Of a stretch of DNA of 64,000 nt, positions 10,696 through 21,215 are shown in pieces (positions within the stretch are counted from its first letter, which is position 1; the number at the start of each line of letters is the position of its first letter). The notes beneath the pieces are model-generated. The model was not told where the DNA came from and searched no databases. It saw only the letters and a program-made list of their open reading frames with translations. A program made the translations under genes and the position numbers. The stretch comes from a virus, in IMG/VR virus record IMGVR_UViG_3300042402_004372; one strand, 5' to 3'.

Positions 10696-13600
10696 GTGGA
10701 TAAGTTTAATTTAAATATTGACAACAGTAGTCAAAAAAAGATAAGAAAAGTAAATAATTTACCACTAGATGATTCCTCAACCGCTTTAGCTTGGTTTAAT
10801 TCAAAGCCAGTAACTCCAGCGAATAACATTTCAGTAACAGATTTGTCCAATTTTATACCAGAGAATTCATATTCTTCAAATATTAATGCTTCAAATAGAT
10901 CTGCAAAAAATAAAATAGTTTTTGCTAACGAACTAGGCATACTAGAAGATTCAGATGGCTATACCGTATTTGATTCAGACGACATCAGCGTAAGTGATAT
11001 ATTTTTAAATGAACCTGGATTAGATAAGAAATACTACACTGGAGATATAGAAAAAAATGGATTTGTTCATTCTTTTTATGTTTCTAGATACTACACGCTC
11101 CTACCAAGGAGCTCTTACGGGTATGATGGACTTGATGATTTCTTACTAGAATCTAGTGTTCCAAAATCAATTAAGGTCATTGATAAAAATGGTTTTGAGT
11201 ATGTAGATCAATCTACTGGCTTAAAAAAATATAGAATATTAATTGAGGAATTAGATTTACCAATCTATTCAAATAGATCCAACTTACCTTCTAAGATAAT
11301 AGTTTTATTTGATAGCCCATCTCCAGTGGATTTATCATTGGTTTATGACAAGGTTGTACTATCTTCAACTGAGTCAATATCTTCAACAGTTCCTCAATAT
11401 AAAGAAAATATTAACACTGTTAGTATTTTTAATAGAGTTGCAGAGGAATCAATTGTTGTAGATAATTCTTCTAGATCAAAAAAAATATATAGCAAAAAAT
11501 CTATTACAGCAAAAAATAATTTAATCAATAGCACCAATGCTAGAGCAGAAGGCTTTGAGATCTTTGTCCCTAAAAAAGCCTTATCAGACAATAGAACTTA
11601 TGAGTCTTTTAACTGGAGATTAATAACTAAGGTTAAAAGATCCGTCGATGTTTCCTCTATAAATAATGGTGAAGAAATAGATTCAGAAAGTTCTATAAAA
11701 CAAAAAGTAATTAACTGCGCAGTACTATCAACAACAGCACAGATAGCTGGCATGCAACAGTCTAATGACTTTGGCGCAGCAAACCCGTATGCCTTTCTAA
11801 GGTTAGGGCAGTCCCCATTTAACGCATCTAAGTACACATATACGAACCCACTATCGGCATCTAGCGATGTCTATGGTAAGAATCAAGCAATGTATTGGCT
11901 GTTAAACGTAGACACTGTTACCGATGATCAGCTGTCTTTATACGATATAGTAACTTGGACTCCTAGTTCCCCAATAACAGCAGAACAGGGTCTAAAGGTA
12001 AAGAAGTACCTAGAGCAGACTCAGGGAACACTGGTATTAGATTTATCAAAGCTTTCCGTTGTAACAACACAGGCAATTGATTATACTGGCGCACAATCAA
12101 TAGATCCATCCTTATCGGTCAGTGCCCAGGAATATCCGCTAGATACATGGACTTATAATCAGGAAAATATTTTTCTTAATGAAAATAAAACTAATGCCTG
12201 GCCAATTAACCCAGGTATTTTTGAAAGATTAACTGTAGACAATGTTAACTACGATGTATATTCAATATTTGGAAGAAGCAATCTTTCTAATCTTACAACT
12301 AAAAAAACAGTAAAAGAATTTACTGGAAATATTGCAGCCAAAAATGTTGTATTAAGCAATTCTAGAAGCAAGCCAGTATTCGTTAGTTTAGAGTTTGTCC
12401 CTTCTACTGATTCATTATCCAAAGGCGCACTACTGGCCACAACTACACCCATGCTTAAGTATTGCAATGACATATACCAACCATCTTCTATCTTTGATAT
12501 AGCAACAAGTAACAATGGTCCAACTAGCATAGCTCAAGCTACGTTTACTACTGTAGCAGCAATAGAAGGTCCAATGAAAATGCTATACAATGCATGTTCG
12601 GTTGCATTGTTAAATAGAATATTTTCAACTAAGGTTAAAGATCTAAGATCGTCAATGTACTATCAGGTTTCAAATTGGCAATCTTCATATGTATTAAATG
12701 GGAACGTCTTACTAGAAGACGAGAAGAAAGAAGTATATTCTCTTATTAAAGTAGACAATCAAAATGCTGTTGGAACTTCAAAATATGCAAGGAATTTAAT
12801 TCCTAGTAATTCTTCAGTATTAGAATTTTATAAAAAATCTATTTATGACTTTTTGGCTGATCAACATAGCATCTCCCTACAAGAGATTGATTCTAGTAAT
12901 TTAGAATTTTTTATAGAGGTAACAAATGATGATGTACAAATCGCAAATGCTACTCCGATAAAAGGTGGAAACGCTGTTTATATAGACGTTGTACGAAGTG
13001 GTACAGAGATACCAACTTCTTATCGTTTATTTAAAATAAATAATGATAGCATAACTGGAGCAGTTTATGCCTATACCGATTCTCCGTCAGCTCAATTTAC
13101 TATACCTGGTGGATTTGGTCCCTATGTTATAAGGGAGAGACTGTATAGATCATCGACCAAAGAAATAAACGATGGACTTTCTAGTTCAATATCTTCGTCT
13201 AATAGTTATAAAAATTATACGTTTAATTTTTCTATCTTCAATTCTTATAATCAGTCAAGTGAATCAACGCTAAGCTTTAGTGCAAATTGGTCAGCAGTTA
13301 TGACCGCAGAATATACAGCAACACTATCAAGACAAGCAAGATATGAAGACGTTTTTCCACCTGGTTCTCGCAGGATAGCAGACGACGTTTCTATCACTAA
13401 CACGTTTGAGACTGGAGCAGCATTTTCGGGTGCAGACAGAATAGACGCCTATAGGAAAGGGATAAATAGTACCGACCCAGTTAATAACTTTTTATATACC
13501 GGAGATATACAACAGGGTAATATCATCGGAGCATACGGTCCGGGTAAACCAGGTATGCTAGCTGAATATATTAAGTATATACAAATAAGTATGAGGGAAG

Positions 13601-16422
13601 CTGGAATATTAGTTGCCGGAAAACTTCCTGAATTAACTGGAAAATATGAAACAAATACTTTTAATGCAGTAAAAGCTTTCCAGTCATCGGTTAACGCTAG
13701 GTTTGAATCCGGAACAGTTGATAGCGAAACTAAGTCATTAATTGCAATTCACATTTGGAAATCCATAAAGAACTCTGATCCAACCCGATATAGTTCAATA
13801 ATATCTAGATTGCAAGCAAATAACCCAACAGTTGTTAAGTATGTTGTAGCAGCTGCAGATGCAATAGAATTACATGAGCTTCCTAATAGAGATTGGAATT
13901 ATAGAAAGATAACTTTTACTGGACAGTCTGGTCCTAAGAAATTAGTAGATTCAATATTTCTTGCGGTTCCATTTGATCAAATTCCATTTGATGGAATAAC
14001 GCAACAAGATCTAAAGGGTCAAGTCCTTAAATCTGTAACTATATATCCTGGAACATTTGCGGGTGCGCCGAACTATAAAGGAATAGCCCTTAAGCAAGCC
14101 GTGGTTTACTCTGGAGTAGATCGAGCTGGCGAGCAGAGAATCAAGGGCGCTGCAGAATATACGACTAGTCCATTTAAGATTGAAGTTAATAGGCCTATGT
14201 CAGAGTGTATGTTCTTTGCTTTCCAGTTTAATGGTGGTTCATTGGGAGGAAAACATGGTTCATTTGCTGAAGGATATTCTTTAAATAAGGTTACATTTGA
14301 AATTGGTTACACTCTAGATACGTTTAATGCTGAAACAATAGTTGAAAGTGGTTATAGATTAGATACAACTACAGCTCCAGTAGAAATAAAGTTTAATGTA
14401 GCTGGATCAGTTACTGGTATATCTCCAAATAAGGCTGAAGTCATAGATCTAAATGGAGTTAAATCTACCAAGTATGCAACAACGCCAGTATCGATAACAT
14501 ATCCTACATGGTCTGGGGAAAAAACTTTAGATCTATCAAATACCACAATTAACTTTAGTAGCACTTCATATAGTCCACCATATACACCTTACTCGGATTC
14601 TAATTTAGAACCTCAGTATAAAGATGAATCTATATCAATAAACTTAACACAGGCAAAAGCTGTATCAATAAATTCAAATACCTTTGCTGCTACTAGTGTT
14701 GTTTCAGCGACTGGAAACCCAGTAAATAGTTCAGATTTAAATCTAAGTATTTCTTCGAATAGATTAGTTTTTGAGACTTCATCTCTTATATATGAAAATT
14801 CAAACGTAATCAAAAGCGCCGAGAAACTTTTAGATAATTACTGGTTAATGAAAACAGATGGTTCAATAATAAAGTCAGCAAAAAAAGCAATTTCTGTTTT
14901 AGATGGTTTGGTTCTTTTAACTCAACCAAGTTTAGACCCAGATAAAGTTGGCAAACCGTATGGCATAGAACTTCAATCTTTTGTAAATACTCTTTCTACT
15001 GATCGAGAATTTAATACAGATTATGGATCTTTTATATTAACAAATAATGCTAGAGATGATGGTGGTTTTATTTATGGGTTCTATGATAATAAGAAAAAAG
15101 AATTTTTAGGTACGAATCTTTATTATGTAGATTATATTTCAAGAGGTCCAGAAAACGTTTATATCGCTGCACTAGCAGTAGATGCAGATGGAAATCTTGG
15201 AAATGGATTAGACTTCTTTGGACCAAAGACTTCTGGTAAAATAATACCTTCTTCTATACCCGTAAAGATGGCATGTCCTATATACAATGTTGAATATGTT
15301 CCATCATCAAGAATAGGCATATCATCGATTCCACCAAATCTTTCAAAGCTTCAGCAGTGGCCATTGTATATAACATCTGGATCTTTTACAAAAGACATAT
15401 ACATAAACCCAGCTTATGGTTGGACTTCTTGGGCTGAGAAGTACACAGGTAAAGTGTTAAGAGCTACGTATTCAACCTTAAATATGGGTAACGTGATCTG
15501 GTCTCAGATTGCTGGTAAGCCATATATTACCATAATTAATGAAACACCAATAGTTTTATCATCTAAGAGATATCAGTTAATGCAAGTTCCTGTAGCTACT
15601 TTTGTAGAACCTTCGCAGATGGAATGTGGATCAGTAGTTAATTGGGTTGATTTTGAAACAAGAGAATCAGTTGACTCACCATGGACGGCGGTAGATTCAA
15701 ATCTTATAAGAAATATTAATTCTCAGACTGGAATAGTTGATTTCATTACACCCATAACGAGTGACCCAGATCTAATAAGGGTAAGCTACACTGCTAAATC
15801 AAATGGTATTCCACTCAAGCAAATTAACGGCAGAGTTATTCCATTAAATCCATTTCTTAATAAAAATACAGTAGAAGCAGAAAAGCCTCTACACATATAT
15901 ATTAAACCTATAAGAATAGAAGTTAGAAGCTCTAGTCAAGCTGGCTATGTTTGGGATTATGTTAGTGACTATTTATATGATTCTCCAATAGATTTTACTT
16001 ATAATACTTCTATTTTTGATCCATATAATAGCGTTAACTACGATCCATTTTCTCTTCAAATAGGACTGGTTCACGTATTGAATTCTGTGGATATTAAAGA
16101 TTTAGCTATTGAAGATTTAAGATTAAAAGGCGGAGGATTAAAGGCTACTATGGGTAAGACTATAGATGTACAATCTTATGGATCTCTCGATATAAACAAG
16201 GTCTTTAAAGAAGTCAAAGAAGCATCTTCATTCTGGGATGTTTATCCACCAGATCAACAGGCATATTCTAAGGGCGGATTCATTATAATAAAACTTCCAA
16301 AAGAAGTATTAAATAATTTTACTAGTGAAGCAGAGTTGTATAGTATAATAAGTAAGAACATAACCGCTGGTGTAGCATATAAGATTCAAGATATGGAAGG
16401 AAATGATTGGGGTGTATTATAA
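10696..16422 (+). CDS. Very large virion structural protein (1908 aa) with internal peptidoglycan-binding-like domain
   Basis: Size and synteny; IKYIQ...TGKYETNTFNAVKAFQ...GTVDSET matches the PG_binding_1 pattern. Confidence 0.6.
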   Translation: MDKFNLNIDNSSQKKIRKVNNLPLDDSSTALAWFNSKPVTPANNISVTDLSNFIPENSYSSNINASNRSAKNKIVFANELGILEDSDGYTVFDSDDISVSDIFLNEPGLDKKYYTGDIEKNGFVHSFYVSRYYTLLPRSSYGYDGLDDFLLESSVPKSIKVIDKNGFEYVDQSTGLKKYRILIEELDLPIYSNRSNLPSKIIVLFDSPSPVDLSLVYDKVVLSSTESISSTVPQYKENINTVSIFNRVAEESIVVDNSSRSKKIYSKKSITAKNNLINSTNARAEGFEIFVPKKALSDNRTYESFNWRLITKVKRSVDVSSINNGEEIDSESSIKQKVINCAVLSTTAQIAGMQQSNDFGAANPYAFLRLGQSPFNASKYTYTNPLSASSDVYGKNQAMYWLLNVDTVTDDQLSLYDIVTWTPSSPITAEQGLKVKKYLEQTQGTLVLDLSKLSVVTTQAIDYTGAQSIDPSLSVSAQEYPLDTWTYNQENIFLNENKTNAWPINPGIFERLTVDNVNYDVYSIFGRSNLSNLTTKKTVKEFTGNIAAKNVVLSNSRSKPVFVSLEFVPSTDSLSKGALLATTTPMLKYCNDIYQPSSIFDIATSNNGPTSIAQATFTTVAAIEGPMKMLYNACSVALLNRIFSTKVKDLRSSMYYQVSNWQSSYVLNGNVLLEDEKKEVYSLIKVDNQNAVGTSKYARNLIPSNSSVLEFYKKSIYDFLADQHSISLQEIDSSNLEFFIEVTNDDVQIANATPIKGGNAVYIDVVRSGTEIPTSYRLFKINNDSITGAVYAYTDSPSAQFTIPGGFGPYVIRERLYRSSTKEINDGLSSSISSSNSYKNYTFNFSIFNSYNQSSESTLSFSANWSAVMTAEYTATLSRQARYEDVFPPGSRRIADDVSITNTFETGAAFSGADRIDAYRKGINSTDPVNNFLYTGDIQQGNIIGAYGPGKPGMLAEYIKYIQISMREAGILVAGKLPELTGKYETNTFNAVKAFQSSVNARFESGTVDSETKSLIAIHIWKSIKNSDPTRYSSIISRLQANNPTVVKYVVAAADAIELHELPNRDWNYRKITFTGQSGPKKLVDSIFLAVPFDQIPFDGITQQDLKGQVLKSVTIYPGTFAGAPNYKGIALKQAVVYSGVDRAGEQRIKGAAEYTTSPFKIEVNRPMSECMFFAFQFNGGSLGGKHGSFAEGYSLNKVTFEIGYTLDTFNAETIVESGYRLDTTTAPVEIKFNVAGSVTGISPNKAEVIDLNGVKSTKYATTPVSITYPTWSGEKTLDLSNTTINFSSTSYSPPYTPYSDSNLEPQYKDESISINLTQAKAVSINSNTFAATSVVSATGNPVNSSDLNLSISSNRLVFETSSLIYENSNVIKSAEKLLDNYWLMKTDGSIIKSAKKAISVLDGLVLLTQPSLDPDKVGKPYGIELQSFVNTLSTDREFNTDYGSFILTNNARDDGGFIYGFYDNKKKEFLGTNLYYVDYISRGPENVYIAALAVDADGNLGNGLDFFGPKTSGKIIPSSIPVKMACPIYNVEYVPSSRIGISSIPPNLSKLQQWPLYITSGSFTKDIYINPAYGWTSWAEKYTGKVLRATYSTLNMGNVIWSQIAGKPYITIINETPIVLSSKRYQLMQVPVATFVEPSQMECGSVVNWVDFETRESVDSPWTAVDSNLIRNINSQTGIVDFITPITSDPDLIRVSYTAKSNGIPLKQINGRVIPLNPFLNKNTVEAEKPLHIYIKPIRIEVRSSSQAGYVWDYVSDYLYDSPIDFTYNTSIFDPYNSVNYDPFSLQIGLVHVLNSVDIKDLAIEDLRLKGGGLKATMGKTIDVQSYGSLDINKVFKEVKEASSFWDVYPPDQQAYSKGGFIIIKLPKEVLNNFTSEAELYSIISKNITAGVAYKIQDMEGNDWGVL

Positions 16423-19055
16423 TGATTAACTTTCTTCCTAATATAATTAAAACATTTTCTGACAATTCCCAGCAAAGTGTTGGCTATTTAATCAAAAGCA
16501 TTAAAGCCGATAAAGCACAGGTAGCAGAATTAGTTAAAAGTCTTTCTAATTTTTCTGTTGGAGCAGACTTTGCCCCAACTTTAATGAGGTCTAGGGCAAT
16601 TATAGAATCTGAATTCTTTGTTGATATTTTTAGAGATGTACAAATAAGATTTGATAGATATTTTTCAGCATCTAATTCAATTAGCGTATCTTTAAACTCG
16701 ATGATAGAAGTCATGTCATCTCAAGTGGCAAAAATAGAAAAAAATATTTCTATTTTAGAAAATTATATAGATAACTATGATTTTATTTCAGGAAAAGATG
16801 ATCTTTATAATGACTCTTATATAGAAAATTTTAATGATTTCTTAAAATCAAATACTTATGATGCTTCTCCAGTCCCCTTTGTAGATAGAGGCGGCGCTGC
16901 TTTTGATGAAAATGGAAATGGCTTTGTTGATCCAATTGTTTCAAAATTTAAAATTGGCAATGGTATTGACTTTGTTAATACCATAGGTTTTATAAAGTCA
17001 GTAGACTATGAAACAAACTATAATCAATACATTTCTTCCATAACTGATTATGAGTCTTTATTTAACGAGAAGCAGTCGAATGTGTGGAACGTCTCAGTTC
17101 AATCACCAACAGTACTAACTTCTATCCCACCATCATTTTCTCAAAATATAGATTATGACTATTCTTATATAGTTGGTGCTAAGACGGTAATGACAATAAA
17201 CTTTATAAAAGAAATTGAAATGGATTTAATTAGAATAAATCCTAATGAATATGATGGACTGCAGCTGATGCAAGTAGTCGTAGAATCAGCAAATATAGCA
17301 GAAAGAATCTATTCAAGCAATTCTAATGTTCCTAGCTCTGGTTATGAAAAAAAGAAAATTCTATTATCTCCAGTAAAGATAAATTCTGTATTAGATATTA
17401 ACTTTCCTTTAGATAAAGTAAAGAGTATAACGCTTATATTTAATCAAAGCACGTATAAGAAAAATACTATTTCACCAACCTCAGATGAAGTATCTTCAAG
17501 GTTAATTCATGAATTACTAAATGGTATAAGGAAAAGCAAGAAAAATAATCACAGTAAACTTCAAGACATAGTCCTAGAATATTTTAGAAAATTCAATTCA
17601 ATAGATGAAGCAAAAAGAAATTCGTATGCGTACACTGATTACTATACATATAAATATCCAATTGGCAAAGTTGGATCCCAACCATTTTTAAATGAAAAAA
17701 ATAATTCAATATCTTTAGACCAGGAAAATCGCCTGTCGTCTAGTAATCATCTTTCTGTAATGGTAAAAAATATAGTGTCGCAAACACTAGGTGATAGATT
17801 TAAGTTGTTTGATGATTCATTATTTGTAGATAGCAGATTAAATAATAGGGGTGGATTTCTTGGTAAGATCGGAAATTCTCCAAGTATTCTAAGTAAGAAT
17901 TCAAACTCATTAGATAAAAATCTAGTAAGCTTTTCAGATGATGCCATTATGTCTGGATCAAACATCTATTCTACAAATATGTTAAGAAGCAAAAATCAAA
18001 ATGTAGAAAATTATATGTATTCCTTTTCATTAAAGGGAGTACAGTTTGGTAAGACAAGGCAGATCTCAAATGCAACAAACTCACTCTTTACCAATAAGGC
18101 ATGCTTCATCAGTTCTAAAATTCCGATAGACGGGAATCCTCTAGCTGTTAAGGCTAAGTTGAATTTAGAAAAAGTTGATGAGAGTAAGGCGCTTCCAGAT
18201 TTTGATCTTAAAGAAGCAAACTCATATGAATTATCAATTTCAATAAAAGAAAATCCAACTTCAGAAAATGATTGGATACCAATTATTTCTTATGATAACA
18301 ATGACATTAATTCTGAATTTTTATTTTTTGATTCAATAAGTAAAACAGCATTTTTAAGATTTTTTCCAATTGATACATCTATAAAAATATATTCAAATCA
18401 AAAATTAATTCCAGAAAGTCAATATACTATAAACAAGTTTAATAGATCAATTTATATAAATTCTTTTGATCCAAAGAATAATTATGTTGCTAGTTATACG
18501 GCAGACAATGTTAACTTTACTCAAAATTACATAGATATATCTAAACTTTTGGCCGGCAATCAAACCTTATCAGCTTATTCTAATGATAAAAATGGTGAGT
18601 TCTTTGAAAGAACTGCATCAAATAATGGTATCAAATTAGTTAATCAACCGTATATAAACTATGATAAGCTAAAAAAGGCTTCCTACAGTCAAAGAGGTGG
18701 TACTATTAACACGATAGAGTACACCGGTTATACTCCAGTGCTTGTAAAGTTTTCTGATGGTTCATATGCCACTAATCTTACTAACTATAAATTAGGTAGT
18801 TTTGAAAAGGGTGAATTTTATGATACTCAGGAAGTTCTATTCTTTCATAATGGAAAGAATATCATCTTCAATAAAACTATTACTCAACCTTTTAACGTTA
18901 TATATGAATATTTAAATAGTCAAGTAAGATTTAGGTTAATTATAAGAAATAATTTTAATAACTATTTTTCATCTGGTTCAGTAGACAATGTTATACTTAA
19001 GTTTAAGACAAAAAACTCTGATCATATGGCAAATAATCTTTTAAGATTGGGATAA
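16422..19055 (+). CDS. Putative virion structural (tail/baseplate) protein
   Basis: Long ORF coupled by TAATG overlap; N-terminal helical segment followed by beta-rich region; synteny. Confidence 0.55.
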   Translation: MINFLPNIIKTFSDNSQQSVGYLIKSIKADKAQVAELVKSLSNFSVGADFAPTLMRSRAIIESEFFVDIFRDVQIRFDRYFSASNSISVSLNSMIEVMSSQVAKIEKNISILENYIDNYDFISGKDDLYNDSYIENFNDFLKSNTYDASPVPFVDRGGAAFDENGNGFVDPIVSKFKIGNGIDFVNTIGFIKSVDYETNYNQYISSITDYESLFNEKQSNVWNVSVQSPTVLTSIPPSFSQNIDYDYSYIVGAKTVMTINFIKEIEMDLIRINPNEYDGLQLMQVVVESANIAERIYSSNSNVPSSGYEKKKILLSPVKINSVLDINFPLDKVKSITLIFNQSTYKKNTISPTSDEVSSRLIHELLNGIRKSKKNNHSKLQDIVLEYFRKFNSIDEAKRNSYAYTDYYTYKYPIGKVGSQPFLNEKNNSISLDQENRLSSSNHLSVMVKNIVSQTLGDRFKLFDDSLFVDSRLNNRGGFLGKIGNSPSILSKNSNSLDKNLVSFSDDAIMSGSNIYSTNMLRSKNQNVENYMYSFSLKGVQFGKTRQISNATNSLFTNKACFISSKIPIDGNPLAVKAKLNLEKVDESKALPDFDLKEANSYELSISIKENPTSENDWIPIISYDNNDINSEFLFFDSISKTAFLRFFPIDTSIKIYSNQKLIPESQYTINKFNRSIYINSFDPKNNYVASYTADNVNFTQNYIDISKLLAGNQTLSAYSNDKNGEFFERTASNNGIKLVNQPYINYDKLKKASYSQRGGTINTIEYTGYTPVLVKFSDGSYATNLTNYKLGSFEKGEFYDTQEVLFFHNGKNIIFNKTITQPFNVIYEYLNSQVRFRLIIRNNFNNYFSSGSVDNVILKFKTKNSDHMANNLLRLG

Positions 19056-19057
19056 AA

Positions 19058-21215
19058 ATGGCTCAACTATCTACAAATACAGTATTCTATGATCAACTTA
19101 TTAAGAAGGTACAAGCCTTTCTAAGGAAGTATTCTCAAAATACAGTTAGCTCATATGAAGATATGTCAGAAGAATTTCACATACTTATAACTGAGATAAA
19201 TAAATACTCGACTGATCCAATAGCAAAATATAATCAAGTAATAAAAGGTGAGCCACCATCTTCCGAAAAGTTCAATGCATTTATTTCTGGGGTTGCAGAT
19301 GATTTAAATATAATAGCTAAGCAACTTGATTATCAGAGTGCGCAGTTGGTATCTTTGTATAATTTATTTAACTCTGAAATAGAAAAAGAAAACCAATTTG
19401 CCAATAGAATTAAATCAAAAGTAAGAATACTACAAGCTTATTCAGAAGCACCTAGTGAGGACCTGTATTACTTTGGTGACTCATTTGAGAATATGGATTT
19501 TATAGATGTAGAAAAAACACCCAAGAACCTCATTGCATCGATTAGAAACGGGAATGCGTCGCTTCCAGTTATCGACACGAATGCTTGGAGTGTTAGATCA
19601 ATTTCAATTGATGAAAAAGAATCTAATGGATTCATTGGGAATAATCATATGGTGTATGCGAAAGAGAATATAGATTCAAACTATCGTTACATGTTCCAGG
19701 ACAATAACTCTGTGGGACTCCTGCAGAACGTAACTGATTCTAACCCTTTAACATATTTTGAGTATGAGGGAATATACATAGACCCAATACTAAAAAATAA
19801 AAATGGAGCAAAAGATTTTGAATTTACATATTCTTCTAAAATCTCAACAGATGGAAAAACAGATACTGTTTATAAAAATTGGTCAGAAAAAATTCTTAAA
19901 GAACCACTTAAGCTAACCTTAAAATTAAGAACAGATTCTTCAAGAAAAACAAATTCTATATCTATAGTTCCTTATTTCGGACAAAGTCGGAGCACCATAT
20001 TCCGAGTTAAAAGTTTCTTCTATAACTGCAATTTCTAAAATAACAAATCAAACTGTTGAGCTTTTAGATTCTCCGATTTATATAGGTTCTAATTTCATTC
20101 CTCAAAATATTGAATCTAAAAAAAATTACTACTATAATAAAGCCGTAGTTTATTTTAATGAAATAGTTACATCAGAAATAACTGTTAAGTTAGAGCAATC
20201 AGACTACTCCGATATAACGATGCAGCACATGTATTGGAAACCGTTTTCAAACACCGGATCTCTTGCTCCACTGAATACTAATAGTAGATTTGATCCAGCT
20301 GGATTTAGTGCTATTGGTTTTCAAGATGTCCAGTTTAATTATTTAGATTTAGTTCCAAGTATTCTTCGTCCCAATGTTTCAAAAGATCAGTCTAGTCTTG
20401 CAACAAAGAAGATTAATATCACGTATAAAGAAGCCATAAAGGTAGAGAGGTATGTTGTAACCTTTAAGAGATTAGGTTCTTCTGCAACTCCATCTTTACA
20501 AAAATACTATTATGTAAACCCAGCAATAGGTTATCAAACTTTAGCTAAACAACAAGAAATAGCAGCTGTATCTGATATTGGTTTATCCTTCCAGTACGAA
20601 AGTTTAACTGCCGCTGAAACGGCAAAAAAGTATATACAAACAAAAATATCAAGCGCAGAATGGTCTGGTTCTAATTTTCAAGATTTAGCAGTAGAAACAA
20701 TTAAGTCAGATTTAGGACCTAAGTATTTAACATCATCTATTCTGCTTCAAAGAAATTTTGAAATTTATCCAGCTAAAAGATTTACGATAGGACTTAGGTC
20801 CATAGATGTTAACTATAGCGTATATGCACAAAAAGCTCAGTTAATATCTAAGCCATTTGTATTTGGTTACAATGTAAAAAATCTAACTGTATCTTCTGAT
20901 ACCACATTTAGCCTTCAGGGTGGCAACTCAAATATAACCTACATTAAATATTATATATCAATAGATGATGGGAAAAAATGGATACAAATTTCTCCGATAG
21001 AAGATCCGTTTAATGGTATTCCTGAAATATTATCATTTAATGAAAATGTAGAAAGCTTTGGTCAAGTAAAAGGAGTTTCATATTTTAACTCTCCAGACAT
21101 ACCATCTGATACAAAGTCAATTAGAATAAAAATTGATATAGAAAAACCAAGATATGAAAACACTACACCTGTTATTTACTCATATCAAATAGCCGGAAGA
21201 GTTGAACAATTATGA
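19058..21215 (+). CDS. Putative virion structural protein, ~718 aa, joined across a +1 frameshift at CGG 19988
   Basis: ...PYFGQS-CGG. Skipping C gives GAPYSELKV..., open into ORF 20220..21215; YYISIDDGKKWIQISP motif. Confidence 0.65.
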
